Made by a program: the position numbers and the translations under genes. DNA of 64,000 nucleotides, taken from positions 186,001-250,000 of the forward strand of contig CBFDEM010000046.1 in NCBI GenBank assembly GCA_965603825.1. Reading direction: 5' to 3'. The stretch comes from Blepharisma stoltei ATCC 30299 (taxonomy: Eukaryota; Protista; Ciliophora). The notes under the pieces are model-generated. The model made no database searches. It had not been told where the DNA came from and was given only the letters and a program-made list of their open reading frames with translations. Shown one piece after another: positions 36,615 through 48,364 of this stretch (position 1 is the first letter of the stretch; every line of letters starts with the position of its first letter).

Positions 36615-37796
36615 ATGGCCACATCAAAGGACGAAATCACTGTCTCAAGCAACCAAGGCTTGTCAAAACACGTTACTGAAGTGGCCACTCTTCTTAGCGA
36701 AAAAAGAGAAGCTAAAATTACTGCTATTAACTTAGCCATTCCTCAAGCTCTCAACCTTGTAGAACTCATCAAGCACCGTGTCAAAGGTCTTTATCAGCTC
36801 AACTCCTTTGAGCGTGTCCCAAACAGCAACAAGACCAGAGTCACTTTTCTTTTAAGTTTGGACCCACTTGATTCAAGGAAAGAAGGCTACCAACCTCCAA
36901 TTGCAGAGTCTGAAGTCCAAGAAAAGAGTCTTGAAGAGCTCAAACAGGCCCCACCAAGACAAGAAAGAAAACCTCAAGAAGGAACAGCCACATCTAGACC
37001 AAGAGGATCAAGAGGTGGCAGAAGAGGAAGCCGATCAGGTGGCAGACAGCCAAGAGGTGGAAGCAGAGGAGAAAGACCTGAGACTACTAAAAGAGCTCCT
37101 CAAGAAGGAAGACGAAAAGTTGAAGACTCTGAAGAGCGCAAAGAAAGATCTCCAAGGAGAAACGAATGGCAGAGCAAGAGACCTGAAGGAAAAGAAAGTA
37201 CCAAACGAGAAGAAACCTCAGGCAAGGACGAAGGATACCAAAGCAGAGAAGGAGGAAGACCTCAAGGCAGAAGACCACGTGGAAGAGGAAACTTCGGAGG
37301 CAACAGACCCCCAAGAACCCAAAACCCTGACTTCAAGCCTAGAACTAGAAGAGCTCCAGAAATGGAAAAATATACCAGAGCTCTTAGAAACCCAGCAGAA
37401 TCTACTAAAGCTCCAAACGAAGTCTTAATCAATGCAAGAGCCCATCCTAATATTTTTATCAGAGAAGCTTTATTGTTGTTCAGACAAGAGAACTTAAGAA
37501 CTATTATTATTAAAGCTAGCGGCTCAGCACTCCCTAAGGCAGTTAAGGTTGTAGAAGAAATCAAGAGGTATGAGGCTGGACTTCACCAGTTAAATAAGCT
37601 CAGCAAGAGAAGCGTTAAAGATGTATTCACTCCAAAAGAGCCAGGACTTGATGAGGTAGTCAAAGAAAGAGATATTGACGGGTTTGAAATTACTCTTACT
37701 AAAGATGCACCAGACGTTAAAAACACTGGGTATCAGGCACCTCTACCTGCCAGTGAAGTCAGAGAAATTAGCATAGAAGAAATACAAAAACTTTAA
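36615..37796 (+). CDS. Protein with two Alba domains and an RGG-rich linker
   Basis: AIPQALNLVELIKHRVKGLYQ..GYQPP and ALPKAVKVVEEIKRYEAGLHQ..GYQAP, separated by RGG/RG repeats. Confidence 0.85.
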   Translation: MATSKDEITVSSNQGLSKHVTEVATLLSEKREAKITAINLAIPQALNLVELIKHRVKGLYQLNSFERVPNSNKTRVTFLLSLDPLDSRKEGYQPPIAESEVQEKSLEELKQAPPRQERKPQEGTATSRPRGSRGGRRGSRSGGRQPRGGSRGERPETTKRAPQEGRRKVEDSEERKERSPRRNEWQSKRPEGKESTKREETSGKDEGYQSREGGRPQGRRPRGRGNFGGNRPPRTQNPDFKPRTRRAPEMEKYTRALRNPAESTKAPNEVLINARAHPNIFIREALLLFRQENLRTIIIKASGSALPKAVKVVEEIKRYEAGLHQLNKLSKRSVKDVFTPKEPGLDEVVKERDIDGFEITLTKDAPDVKNTGYQAPLPASEVREISIEEIQKL

Positions 37797-37969
37797 CTTA
37801 AATTCATTTCTTAGAATACTGATTTTAATTTAAAATGCAAAGAAGCATGATGTGGGTCTAAAGTTTTATATGAGAGATACTCTAGATATAAGTAAAAAAC
37901 GTATTCTAAAAAATAAGTATATATAAATTAATAATTCTCCTGTTTTAAACTCCATTATAATATATCATC

Positions 37970-38950
37970 ATGGAAGACTTTGAGACTGATGCAGTTAGAA
38001 GCATTATGTCAAAAATTTATATGAGTATGCAAGAAAGCGATGAAGACGCACCTTTTCACACAGAAGTCTCAGTTCTTGAAAAGCCTAACGAGTCAACTCT
38101 TGAATCTATTAAAATCGATACCAGCCAAAAGCCTGCCAAAAAGGTAAAGGCTGAAGACTTTGTAAAAACAACTTATATGAGGATGCAAAACAGCACAAAA
38201 AAGTCCCAAGACGTATTAAATAAAGTAAAAAAACAAATTGACAAAGAAAGGGCAGAAGCCCTAAAGGGCGCTCCAAACATCAATCATAAGTCCAAAAAAA
38301 TGATAGGGCAAGCTGTGCCTTTGCAGCAGAGGATCAGTGAGGTGATTTTGGAAAAAGAGAGAAAATTAGAAGAGCTTAAAGAGAAATTGAATCAGGAAAG
38401 AGAAGAAGTACTGAAAAAAGACTTGACTTTTAAGCCGCAGATCCATGGGAGAACTGATAAACCAAGGTCTGCCACTGAATTCTTTAAATATAACGAAGAC
38501 TGGGCTAATATGAAAGCAGTCAAAGAAGCAATCAAAAAAGAAGAGCTTGATGAAAAAGTCACGCAAACACTTAAATTTCATCCAGAAATCAATCAAAATT
38601 CTGAGAAAATTATGCAAGATATGGGAGAAAACCGACCACCTGAAGTAAGACTTTTAGAGAGATATCAGGTTACCCAGAATAAAATTAAAGCAAAGCAGGA
38701 GGTGATAGAATATAAATTTTCCCCTGAGATCAATAAAAAGACAAAGCAGTTGGCAAGAGCTCAGTCAGCTGGAGATGTTTTTACAAGATTATTCACAGCT
38801 GCTGAGAGCCAAGGAACAACTGCAGGCACTCCTAGAGGAACAAAAACTAATGGCACAGGATTTAGCCCTGAAGTCAAAACAATTTCTAAACCAGAACAGC
38901 CGGAAATTCAAAAAGCCAATATCGAGCAATTATTTGAGCTTAATTCATAA
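37970..38950 (+). CDS. Coiled-coil protein with FxPxI(N) repeats
   Basis: FKPQI, FHPEIN, FSPEIN and VFTRL motifs. Confidence 0.75.
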   Translation: MEDFETDAVRSIMSKIYMSMQESDEDAPFHTEVSVLEKPNESTLESIKIDTSQKPAKKVKAEDFVKTTYMRMQNSTKKSQDVLNKVKKQIDKERAEALKGAPNINHKSKKMIGQAVPLQQRISEVILEKERKLEELKEKLNQEREEVLKKDLTFKPQIHGRTDKPRSATEFFKYNEDWANMKAVKEAIKKEELDEKVTQTLKFHPEINQNSEKIMQDMGENRPPEVRLLERYQVTQNKIKAKQEVIEYKFSPEINKKTKQLARAQSAGDVFTRLFTAAESQGTTAGTPRGTKTNGTGFSPEVKTISKPEQPEIQKANIEQLFELNS

Positions 38951-39056
38951 GAATTTTGATAAGTCTATATTTAGTTTTAACAAAGTTAAGAAAACTCAGT
39001 ATCAAAATAGAAATATGGATTTCCATATCTTAAATTGCAATTTAATTCTTTTAGCT

Positions 39057-40065
39057 CTAAAGCCCATCGATTTCAGAGGCTCTAGTAGCTGATGAATCTT
39101 CGAAATAAATAAGCTCCTCTAAATCTGAATCTGAATTTTCGGTTATATCTTCATATAAAACTTCTTCGGTTGAAATCTCTTCTTCGGTTGAAAATTCTCC
39201 AATTGGAATTCTATCACTTGCTCTTTCTTCAAGAGAAGTTTTGCTTTTGTTTTTAATAGTGCTTGATGAATCTATCATCTCTGGCCAGGCGGCAAGTGTC
39301 ATAGCTGCATTCGAGCTTCTCAATTTTTTTGACTTTTTATTATAACTTACCAGTCAAACGTTGAGTTTTAGTTTTCCATGTGCTAATAACAGTTGATAGA
39401 TTTTTTTGCTTTTATCTTCTGTTTCTAGACGAGAATTTTTAAACACTACATCATCAATTTCCCAGCCAGGTTTATGCTTTCGTAAAAATTTTTCGGACCT
39501 ATTTGGAGAAGGCAAAAAAAGGGCAAAGCCAGCAAAATTGGCAAAATTTTGTCTGACACCTTCATAATCCAATATAAAATCATATTAATTTTGGCAAGAG
39601 TTTAGGGTCGTATACCAAATGCATTGGATTTCGATTTATACTAACTTTTTCAATTTTTTCGAAAATTTTGCCTTCTTTGCTTGCTTTGCCATTTTTGCAG
39701 TTTTTTGCCTTCCTAAAAATAGCTCCCAATTTTTCAAGACTAGCAAGTGTTATTGCCGGATTTATATGCTCTTTAAAGGCAGCCCCATAATTAGTTTTAA
39801 TGCTGATTTCAATTCTGCAACGCTTGGGAAATTCTATTAATGCTCAAAGTCTCAGATTATTATTTCCAGATGAAACTTGGTATAGTTGCTTATCTTTTAT
39901 TTTGATTTCTGAGAAATAGTGAGAATCTGCATAAAATCTAATTTCAGGATCCACCAATTTTAGATTTCACGCATATGTGTTTTTTAAGTCAGCTATAGTC
40001 CAGCAGCTTGGGCACTTGAAGAGCTTTTTGATACTTAGTCATTTAATTTCAACAGATATATTCAT
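39057..40065 (-). pseudogene. Paralog of 41565-42269 (putative tandem ubiquitin-like fold), interrupted by a TIR element
   Basis: ATG 40065 (MNISVEIKWLSIKKLFKCP..IKTNYG..LASLEK). Removing 241 nt gives a 768-nt intact ORF continuing FLRKHKPGWEIDDVVFKNS, colinear with the paralog. Confidence 0.8.
39495..39727. mobile_element. MITE-like non-autonomous element, ~56-66-bp imperfect TIRs, 8-bp TSD AATTTTTC
   Basis: AATTTTTC at 39487-39494 and 39728-39735. Left arm GGACCTATTTGGAGAAGGCAAAAAA; right arm (reverse complement) GGGAGCTATTTTTAGGAAGGCAAAAAA. Confidence 0.85.
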
Positions 40066-40262
40066 TTATTACAGCCATTTAATAAATAAATTATTAGACT
40101 CGAAGCAACCAAGCTACTATATTATGATAAGAAAAATGTTTATGTAGTATCGACCCTTTTAAAAATATTAAATTAAATACGCATAAATAAAAGCGAATAA
40201 ATTAATAAAAACATTAAGAATTTAAATTTCAAGCTGATTTAATTATGATTTTAAACTTAAAC

Positions 40263-40640
40263 TTAATTACTTAAGAGGGCACCTTTCCATGCTTTCCACA
40301 CTGGCTCATCTTCTTTATATCCTTTACTCGCCATCACTTCTCTCCATTCACGGACCATCGAGCAGCAGCAAAAAGTGGCCAAAATGCAGTCGTTAAGATA
40401 TGATCCTTTTATGTTGTAGACTTTTCTTAATTTAGTGCGATTATACGCCACACCAAAACAGCATAAGCCACATGCCGTCAAAAATGCTATAAGCGGAGCA
40501 TTTTCTTTTTCATCATTGATCAATTTTGTTATTGTAGCCTGCAAGCACGGAGTTCCACAAGGCACAAGGCACGACCAATAACATGTTAAGGGTGCAGCAT
40601 AACAATCGAACAGCTCATAAGCCCAATCAGGTCCTTCTAT
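40263..40640 (-). CDS. PLAC8/DUF614 Cys-rich protein (start codon ATA or lost)
   Basis: WAYELFDC..CYWSCLVPC, RTKLRKVYNIKGSYLNDC..FCCCSMVRE. No ATG in frame upstream of the domain before a TAA. Confidence 0.75.
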   Translation of the reverse strand: MEGPDWAYELFDCYAAPLTCYWSCLVPCGTPCLQATITKLINDEKENAPLIAFLTACGLCCFGVAYNRTKLRKVYNIKGSYLNDCILATFCCCSMVREWREVMASKGYKEDEPVWKAWKGALLSN

Positions 40641-41564
40641 GATTTAATAATGATTATAATGGATTAACCAGACTTTAATCATAACACTTTTAAATAAAAT
40701 ATTTTAAGAAGATCCTGTTTATAATCATTTTTATGAGCTATAGACCTTTTAAATCACTATCAAATAATTTTTATAAAATAAATATTTTAATGAGTTTAAA
40801 TAGATAATAAAATTTTATTATTATTCCCAGGAAATTTTAATAATGTAATATTCTATAAAATGATTTAAGCTTAAAATTGTTAAATCACTTAAAATACACA
40901 ACATCTTTAAAATTCGAAATCACAAAATTAAAGATGAAATTTTTATGTAAATTCTAGTCAATAATAATCGCCACATCAATATTCTAATATCTGAATGAAG
41001 TTTGAAAAAATCTATCCCCCAATACTTCCTATCATTTTTTGGCTTAAGTTACTCATAATCCTGCGATTTATATTTGTAAAAATGCTATCCAATTCTTCAC
41101 TATTATCATCATCCTCATCTTCAAGCAATAAATTCATTTCTTTGAGTGAAACATTTCTTATCTTCATGCATAGTTCGAAAAATTCTTCATGCGAAGCCCC
41201 ATCTCCTTCAATGAAAGAGGAATAGGGAGCTGCTCTAATAAAAACTCTCCATTTAAAAAAGCCAGCAAAAAGCCGTAAAAAACTTATTTATTTTATATAA
41301 AACACATACCCCTTAAGGGTGAGAGGGAAGGAATTATTAAGCAAATGCAGCTCTTAAGAGAAAGAATTAATCAAGTTTTATTCTGAAGACAATAAAGGGG
41401 CAATATTAGAATTTCACAAATGATAGAAAATTTTTGCTACTTTGATAAAACTGCAATAAGCTTGATAAATCAATTAAACTTTATTTAAAAAACAGCAAAT
41501 ATGGATTTTCCATATCTTAATTAAAATTAAAAGCTTCCATCATTTTGAAAGCTTATGTAGCATA

Positions 41565-42269
41565 TTACAAGCATAGATAACCAATAAGATCTTCTGGAGC
41601 AGACCCTATATTTTCTAAAACGGCTTCAGTTGGAGCTTCTTCAAAGCTGTTTTTGTAATTAGCATTTTCCCACGATTTGATCACCTCACAGTTGATATCA
41701 AGCTCCATAATTTTTTCTTTGTTGGCCTCACGAGAGGAATGATTTTGGATGTATCTAGGTTCGCTTATCAAGCAAACTTTGAGTTCAAGTTTTCTGTATT
41801 CTAATGCAATATGAATAATCTTTTTACTAATATCTTCGATTCTTCCATTAGAATTTCTAAACTCTATGTCATCGACATCATTCCATTCAGGAAATTTTTT
41901 AAAAATAAGATCACGAAGCTGTAGAAGTTGATGATCAGGATAAACATCAATAGAAAAAGGCAATCCAAAGTTGGTTTTGCACTTAATATTAATTAGGCTG
42001 CGGCTGGAAAAGCGTATTAATACAAACAGTCTCAATACATTTCCCTCATAACGAAACTCAGATAGCTGCATGTTATCATCAGGGATAATGTGTGAGCTGC
42101 CTCTAGAGCTTGGATCATATAAAAATATTATAGTGGGATTGGTGAGTGCCAGTCTTCGTTCGTATCTCTTCTTTAAAGTAGCTATTGTGATCGTATTCGG
42201 GCATATGAACCATTTAGAATGGCCTAGAGAGCTAATTTGGACAAATAATAAACTCATTATTACCATCAT
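41565..42269 (-). CDS. Protein with two putative ubiquitin-like (beta-grasp) domains
   Basis: Patterns TITIATLKKRY and INIKCKTNFGLPFSIDVYPDHQLLQLRDLI resemble Ubl beta1-beta2-alpha1. The fold assignment is inference. Confidence 0.6.
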   Translation of the reverse strand: MMVIMSLLFVQISSLGHSKWFICPNTITIATLKKRYERRLALTNPTIIFLYDPSSRGSSHIIPDDNMQLSEFRYEGNVLRLFVLIRFSSRSLINIKCKTNFGLPFSIDVYPDHQLLQLRDLIFKKFPEWNDVDDIEFRNSNGRIEDISKKIIHIALEYRKLELKVCLISEPRYIQNHSSREANKEKIMELDINCEVIKSWENANYKNSFEEAPTEAVLENIGSAPEDLIGYLCL

Positions 42270-42808
42270 TGAAATTAACTAATCGAATGACAGCTCTCAC
42301 TAAATAACTAAAATCTATATAATCTTTTTATCTTGAGTAAAAGCACAATTATTGGCTCGAAGAAAATGGTTTTGAAATCGTTGCATAATGAAAGCAAGTT
42401 GCATTAATTGTAGCAAATAGGAAAAGTGTCTATTTGCAAATTTTCTGGCTGACCTAATTTGAACTCAACAGTTGTAGAGCTATAATAGCTTATGCATAGC
42501 AGAGAGATCCATTGAATAGATATCGTAGAGTTAATGATTTTTATTCAGAAGCATCATCTGATCATATATCTATATCCCAAGATTTAAATTGATCTAAAAA
42601 GCATATTAAAAGCTGAGGGGAAATTTTGATTGATATTAATAGGTCTAAATAGGCGAGTTATTCGACAAATATAACAGATTTCTTCGAAGAGACCATAATG
42701 AAGAAATTTAAAACTTCTATTAAATTCAATTACCATAAATCATAAGAATAATTACTTTTTATGCTAAGATTATAATTACAATTTTAATAATTGCTTTCTT
42801 TTTTATTT

Positions 42809-43453
42809 TTAATTAGGGTGTAAGATACTATGAAGCCAACTTTTAGCAACTTCCAGCTCTCTCATGCTGATAGTGTGAACCATGCGATCTTCAGAGTTAT
42901 ATGTTAAATTACACCCAGCCAATGTTCTCCTCGCAGTTTCAGCAGCATAGATTTCTAAGATCAAGGGATCTGCTTTTCCATTATACATAAAAATAGGTAC
43001 CTGCTTCTTAGCTTCAGGAACTGTAAAGTCAAAAGCATACCCGCTCAAAGCCATAATAGCATCAATTCTCCCTGGGTAATGAACAAGTCCTGTGTATAAA
43101 GACATAGCAGCTCCTTGAGAAAACCCACCAAGAATGATTGAGCTACAGATTTTACTTTCTGCTTCAATAACAGAAGTAATGATATTTGCACTGTCAATTG
43201 CTTCACTATTGACTGACCTATCCTTTATGTCAGCAATATCATACCAGCTCGTCATTCGCATACCTTGGTTCCATGTCACAGGCCTTACAGGCGCAGTAAG
43301 TAGAACGATTTTTGCATTCGGCAAAAGCTCAAAATCTTGGAAAAGATCCACAAAGCCTTCAGCAGAGTCACCTAATCCATGCAGCCACACCAAAGTGTGC
43401 ATATGCACAAGAGGCTCAATGATGATATTTCTTCCTGCCCTTACAATATTCAT
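42809..43453 (-). CDS. Acyl-protein thioesterase / phospholipase-carboxylesterase
   Basis: WLHGLGDS, AP..PVT..GMRMTSWYDI, GGFSQG, catalytic D and H. Confidence 0.93.
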   Translation of the reverse strand: MNIVRAGRNIIIEPLVHMHTLVWLHGLGDSAEGFVDLFQDFELLPNAKIVLLTAPVRPVTWNQGMRMTSWYDIADIKDRSVNSEAIDSANIITSVIEAESKICSSIILGGFSQGAAMSLYTGLVHYPGRIDAIMALSGYAFDFTVPEAKKQVPIFMYNGKADPLILEIYAAETARRTLAGCNLTYNSEDRMVHTISMRELEVAKSWLHSILHPN

Positions 43454-43566
43454 TTATATTTTCATTATAGCCTCATCAAATTAATGTAAAAAACACTATT
43501 AATTTCTATTAATAAATTTTATTGAATCGATCTACACATTTTAATTTTCAAATATTTCAAATTTAA

Positions 43567-45333
43567 ATGTCAAGAAGGAAAAACGATTACACAGTCGAAA
43601 ACAAAATCCAAGACATAAGAGAAGACCTGCAGAGACTAACATCAAATTATAAATCTTCTGATATAAAAGAACAAAGTCCTCTTGAGAAATATCTAGAAGT
43701 AAAATATCCAGATCCCGCATTCAAAATAAGTGAAATTACTGAGTCGCCTTTTATAGGAACTAAAGAGTCGCAAGATATTAAAAAAGGTAAATACTATATA
43801 GAGAGTCAGCTGAAAAGCTCTTATTCTGTTGATGATCTTAAAGACTTTGAAGGACAGCCTTCAATATCACCTAAATTCAGCCAAAATCCTAAGTCAAAAC
43901 CTTATGTTTCAGACTACGTAGCTTTCGGGCATAATAGTAAAGAGCCAGCAAGACATGCAGAAATAATAGACCCGACTATATCTACAGCATACAGAGAAAA
44001 AACTGATTTTACAATGGCTAGAAGAAATGACCAAGGCGCTCGCTATGAAATTACCGAAAAAGACGCCTCTTTAAGAAAAACACAAGGAAGTCGGCACTCA
44101 GAACAAAAATATACAGAACCTATCAACAATTTACGAGCTTCAGCACGAGGTCTAGAAGACAAAGCAAACGATCTTGAAAACGCAAAAATTGCTTTGCAAG
44201 AAGAAAACACCCAGCTGCATCAAAAATTAATGAACCTAGAAAAAGACATAAACTATATTGAGTCTAAATCTTTATCAATGAGAGACGAAATTAAATCTTT
44301 ACGATCCAACAACGCTGACCTGGAATCCCAAATTTTGAATTTAAAAAAGGAAAAAGTGGAGTATCTTCGACAAATAGACGAACTTAAAAGAATAGAAAAC
44401 CAAAAAAATTCAGAAATAGAAACAGCTGCGATGCAGAAAAGAGAATTTGAAGAAAGAATCCAAGAATTAAAGCAGCTGCTGCATGACAGTTCTATGACGA
44501 AATATAAAGCATTTGATTTTGATGAAAAAGAAAATATAAATTCTTTGCATTTAAAAGATGAAATAAGTGAGCTGAAAAATGAAAATAATAAGCTAAAAAA
44601 TGCACTGAAAAGGAAGCCAAGCTGTGATGAAATAAGAAAAGCGACAAAAAAGATTGAACAGCTTGAAAATGCTATTGAAGATATCAGAGGACAAAAAAGG
44701 AGGAGATCAGAATCTGCTAAAAGAACAAGAGAAAGAAGCCCGAAACTGCCTCCTATCAGACCAAGAAGTGCAAGCAGAGAGAGAAACAGACCAAGAAGTG
44801 CAAGCAGAGAGAGAAAACATGAAAATTCTCCTATAAGGCACCTCACTTCTGCGACCTGTGCAAAAATTGTCAGAGAACTAATGCATGAGTTTTCGGTTGA
44901 ATCTGCTTCATTATTAATACCAAGCGCTAAATTAGCCTTACGCGATTTAAAAAGTCAATCTCATCAACGGAAACTAGTCGAGAGATTAAGGTCGCTGATC
45001 ATTGACTGCTCGCCTCCAGGAGCTTTTGATAAAAATCCTTCATTGAAAAGAATATGAAAATGAATCAGAAGATTAACTGAAGAATATTTACAATTAAAAA
45101 AAGAGAGCAACCAGAATGCCACTGAAAAAGAAGTTTTAATTAGGCTAAAAAAAGCATTAAGTGTAGAAAATACTGAAGAGATCCCGAGATCATTGACAAA
45201 ACTTCTGGCAGAAAATGAAAATCTTTTGCTTATATTAAACAAAGTAAAAGCAGCTTTCAGGTTAAGTAAGAAATATTTAGACACAAGAGTAACTCTTCAG
45301 GAGCTGGAGAAAGAAATTGATAGGAGGTTGTAA
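43567..45333 (+). CDS. Long coiled-coil protein (588 aa)
   Basis: Heptad-rich. TGA 45055 and 45061=W (RIWKWIR) extend the frame to TAA 45333. Confidence 0.8.
44757..44816 (+). repeat. Perfect 30-bp tandem duplication (RPRSASRER) within the CDS
   Basis: CAGACCAAGAAGTGCAAGCAGAGAGAGAAA x2. Confidence 0.9.
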
Positions 45334-45413
45334 GAATTTAATTTAACAATTTATAAATTATTCAGAAGAATTAGGATATGATGGAGATTATTAAAATATC
45401 GTTGAATTTATAA

Positions 45414-46538
45414 ATGTCCATAATTCAACGTATAGGTGCAAGCACAGAATCGTATTTATTGGAATTAACGATTCATTCAGTCACAATAAATATTCCTTAT
45501 CCAGTCAAATTAAAAGTAATTGTAAAACGAGGGAAAAACTACAAAGAAGAAACATCAGCTGTAAATCATGACTTAGTTCTCGGTACTATTTTTTTCGAAC
45601 ACACAGTTTTGCTCCGAGTAACTATGTTTAGAAAAAGCAGATCATATCTAAAGAAAAATGCTTCATTTCGACTAGTTCAGATCTCAAAAAATAAATGCAT
45701 CAAGAATGGTAAAGGAAGGCTTGATCTTTCAAAAATTTTCACTCATAGTCCATCATTTGAGAAACAAGATATAAAGCTTAAGCATTGCTCAGATAAAAAT
45801 GCTTATATATGCATAAGTGCGACTATGACAAGGATTGACCGAACCTCAAGCATGGGATCAATCTCGGCAGAATCAATATCATCTGAAGAAGCTGACATGA
45901 CAGATTTAATTCCAGTCACATTTGCCTATAGTGTTAATAGTTCTGAAATGAGCGCTCCTGAGGTGAAAAATGAAAAACTAAGCTTGACTATGAACTCTGA
46001 AGAAAGCTCGAAAAAGAAAAAACAAGATGCTAGAGAAAAATTTAAAAAAAGACTGGAAAAGCTAACAATTGCACAAAAATCACACACAGTTGTAGAGCCT
46101 AACACAGCATATCCTTATCAAGAAATGGAGTCACCATCTCCGTCTCCTACAATATCACCTCAGCCAAAAAGAACAGAATGATCATTTTCTAATGATCCAA
46201 AAGAATTTGAACTAAGCCCTAATGAGCTAAATGGGCTCAAAGATATCCCAATAATTGAAAAAGAAAAGCCAGAACCAAAGCCTTTCTTTTTAAAACCAAT
46301 TAAAATTGGATGCGATGATGATGAAATATCGAACTCAACAAATAATAATAAAGAAGAACAAGAAGTTGAGTCTGTTAAAAATACAGAAAACGAGCAGTGC
46401 TTGCCTGCAACGTCTCTAAAAGGTGCTATACCGAACTCAAACAGCAAAGAGAATGAAATAAAAGCAAGAGAGTGCGTTGGAGGTCTAAGTAGCACAAATT
46501 CAGCTTGTTCGTCGTGTAAAGGATGCGTAATTATATAA
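45414..46538 (+). CDS. NT-type C2 domain protein with C-terminal CaaX
   Basis: N-terminal beta-rich NT-C2 pattern. TGA 46179=W extends the frame to ...CKGCVII-TAA. Confidence 0.75.
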
Positions 46539-46623
46539 TAAATAGTTCTATAAATTAATTAAATAGCAAAATAAATCAGCAGAAAAATTTTTCTCTAAGC
46601 CACAAGAGTTTAAGTTCTAATTT

Positions 46624-47382
46624 TTAACTCAGCTTAAATACAATATACGAGCAATTCTTTCCTAATTCTACCATGATTCTATTTGATTTTAATTCTGGCA
46701 ATTTCATATTAACAAAATTGCTTGCTTTTTTTGTAAATCTCTGGAGCATTGTCTTTACAGTTACAGAATATAGAAAAATAGTTGCTAAAGGAAGCATAAG
46801 TATAAAAAAAGAAAATCCCCAATATTCCATTTCAGCATATTCTAATAGTATAATAAATAATATAGTAAATATTACACTCATCACTATTAATCCATAAAAA
46901 AATTTTCTAGCCATATTTAATCTAGCTATATATGGATTAGCAAATCACGAAAAATCAGTGGAAAATTTTTGGATAATGTCTCGCTCATTGCTTTGCGATC
47001 TGCTTGGCCTATTCCCTCATTTCAGATAAATCTCAGAATCAACTGGGATTGGAATTTTTTTACAGCTAAAAGGTCAAAATCCAGAGCTAATAAAAATATC
47101 ATAAATATAATCAGTTTCACCTATAATAGAATTATAAGAGCTCTCAGGGATTTTTATTCCATAAATAGTGAGTCCAATGTTACAATATGTTGCAGTGATT
47201 TTTTCTCAATTCCCATGATTCTCTTGAGCATTTTCTGATCCATTTGTAATATTTGATATTTCTTTCTTCTCGGCGCTTGGTTTTTCCATGCTCTCAACAA
47301 ATTGAATAGATTCACCTTCCTCAGAAATTATTGTAAATAGTTTTTTATCATCAATTTCTCTTGTAATTTGCTCAATCAACAT
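46624..47382 (-). CDS. Two-TM membrane protein, unknown function (252 aa)
   Basis: ATG 47382 with four TGA=W, in frame with ORF 46624-46914. Confidence 0.7.
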
Positions 47383-47572
47383 TTGCGGAAGATTTATTAT
47401 ATATAATAATTTTTGATTCTAAATTCTAGTTTGTGATAGTTTAAAGAGCATCAAGTTTAACAATACCAGTTGCTTTAATTTAAATAAAATTATAAAGTAT
47501 AGTTTTAATAAAATATGAGCCAAGGACCACAGAACTCATAAACAGCTTTAAACGAATAATTATTTTACATAA

Positions 47573-48364
47573 ATGGATCCCTTTGATAGACAAAAACGAA
47601 TTCAGGGCTGAAAACAAGATTTAATTGATGAAGCAGTAGCTGTTTGCTTTGGAGTAGGAGGACTAGGTAGTGTTGTATCAATGAACTTGTGCAGAATGGG
47701 TGTTGGGAGGATTATTTTAATAGACAAAGATATTGTTGAAATTCATAACTTAAATCGGCAGCTTTTATTTTCAATGAAAGATGTGGGCAGACCAAAAGTT
47801 ACTGCTGCTAAAGAAGCCTTAGAACTAGGCCACAACATAAGAAGCCAAATTGAAGAGCATCAAATTGATATTGTAGAGAAATGGTCAGATGTCATCAGAA
47901 TTATTCAAGGAGCAACAGTGATTTTTAATATGATTGATTATGGAGATTATTTTGACTATGCAGCACAAAGTTTGGCTATAAAACTAGGAATACCTTTAAT
48001 ACAAGGAGGCACTTTTGCTCAAAGCATGTGTGTGGAATATATTACAGCTAGAGGCCAGCCTTGTTTATTATGCGGAAGTGATAATGCGAGAGAAGAAATT
48101 ATTGATCAAATCAGGCCTGAAGAGATTTTGGAACTGGAAAATCTGAACTTTTTGCCTAAAAACTCAAATCCAATTGGCCAATCTAATACTTATTTATGTG
48201 GAACGTGCGGAATGCTCATGACCGCCAAATATGGAGAGGGTATTATAAATTCTGAAGATGCCCAGATATCGAATAGAACTTTATTTTATGTGAACACAAT
48301 GGAAAGCGTCAACTTTGGGATAGAACCAAAGATTGGATGCAAGTTTTGCAAATATGATGCATAA
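47573..48364 (+). CDS. ThiF/MoeB/E1-family adenylation protein (263 aa)
   Basis: MDPFDRQKRIQGW(TGA)KQ, GVGGLG, DKDIVEIHNLNRQ, DVGRPK, Zn pairs CLLC and CKFC. Confidence 0.9.

Noticed and set aside
40950-41252. Coding-like minus-strand stretch (EGDGASHEEFFELCMK...)
   Set aside because: Stop five codons after the ATG plus an internal TAG, with no recognisable family; possibly a gene relic but not supportable.
42290-42750. Coding-like plus-strand stretch between the Ubl-like gene and the thioesterase
   Set aside because: Multiple TAA/TAG in the frames examined and no recognised motif.
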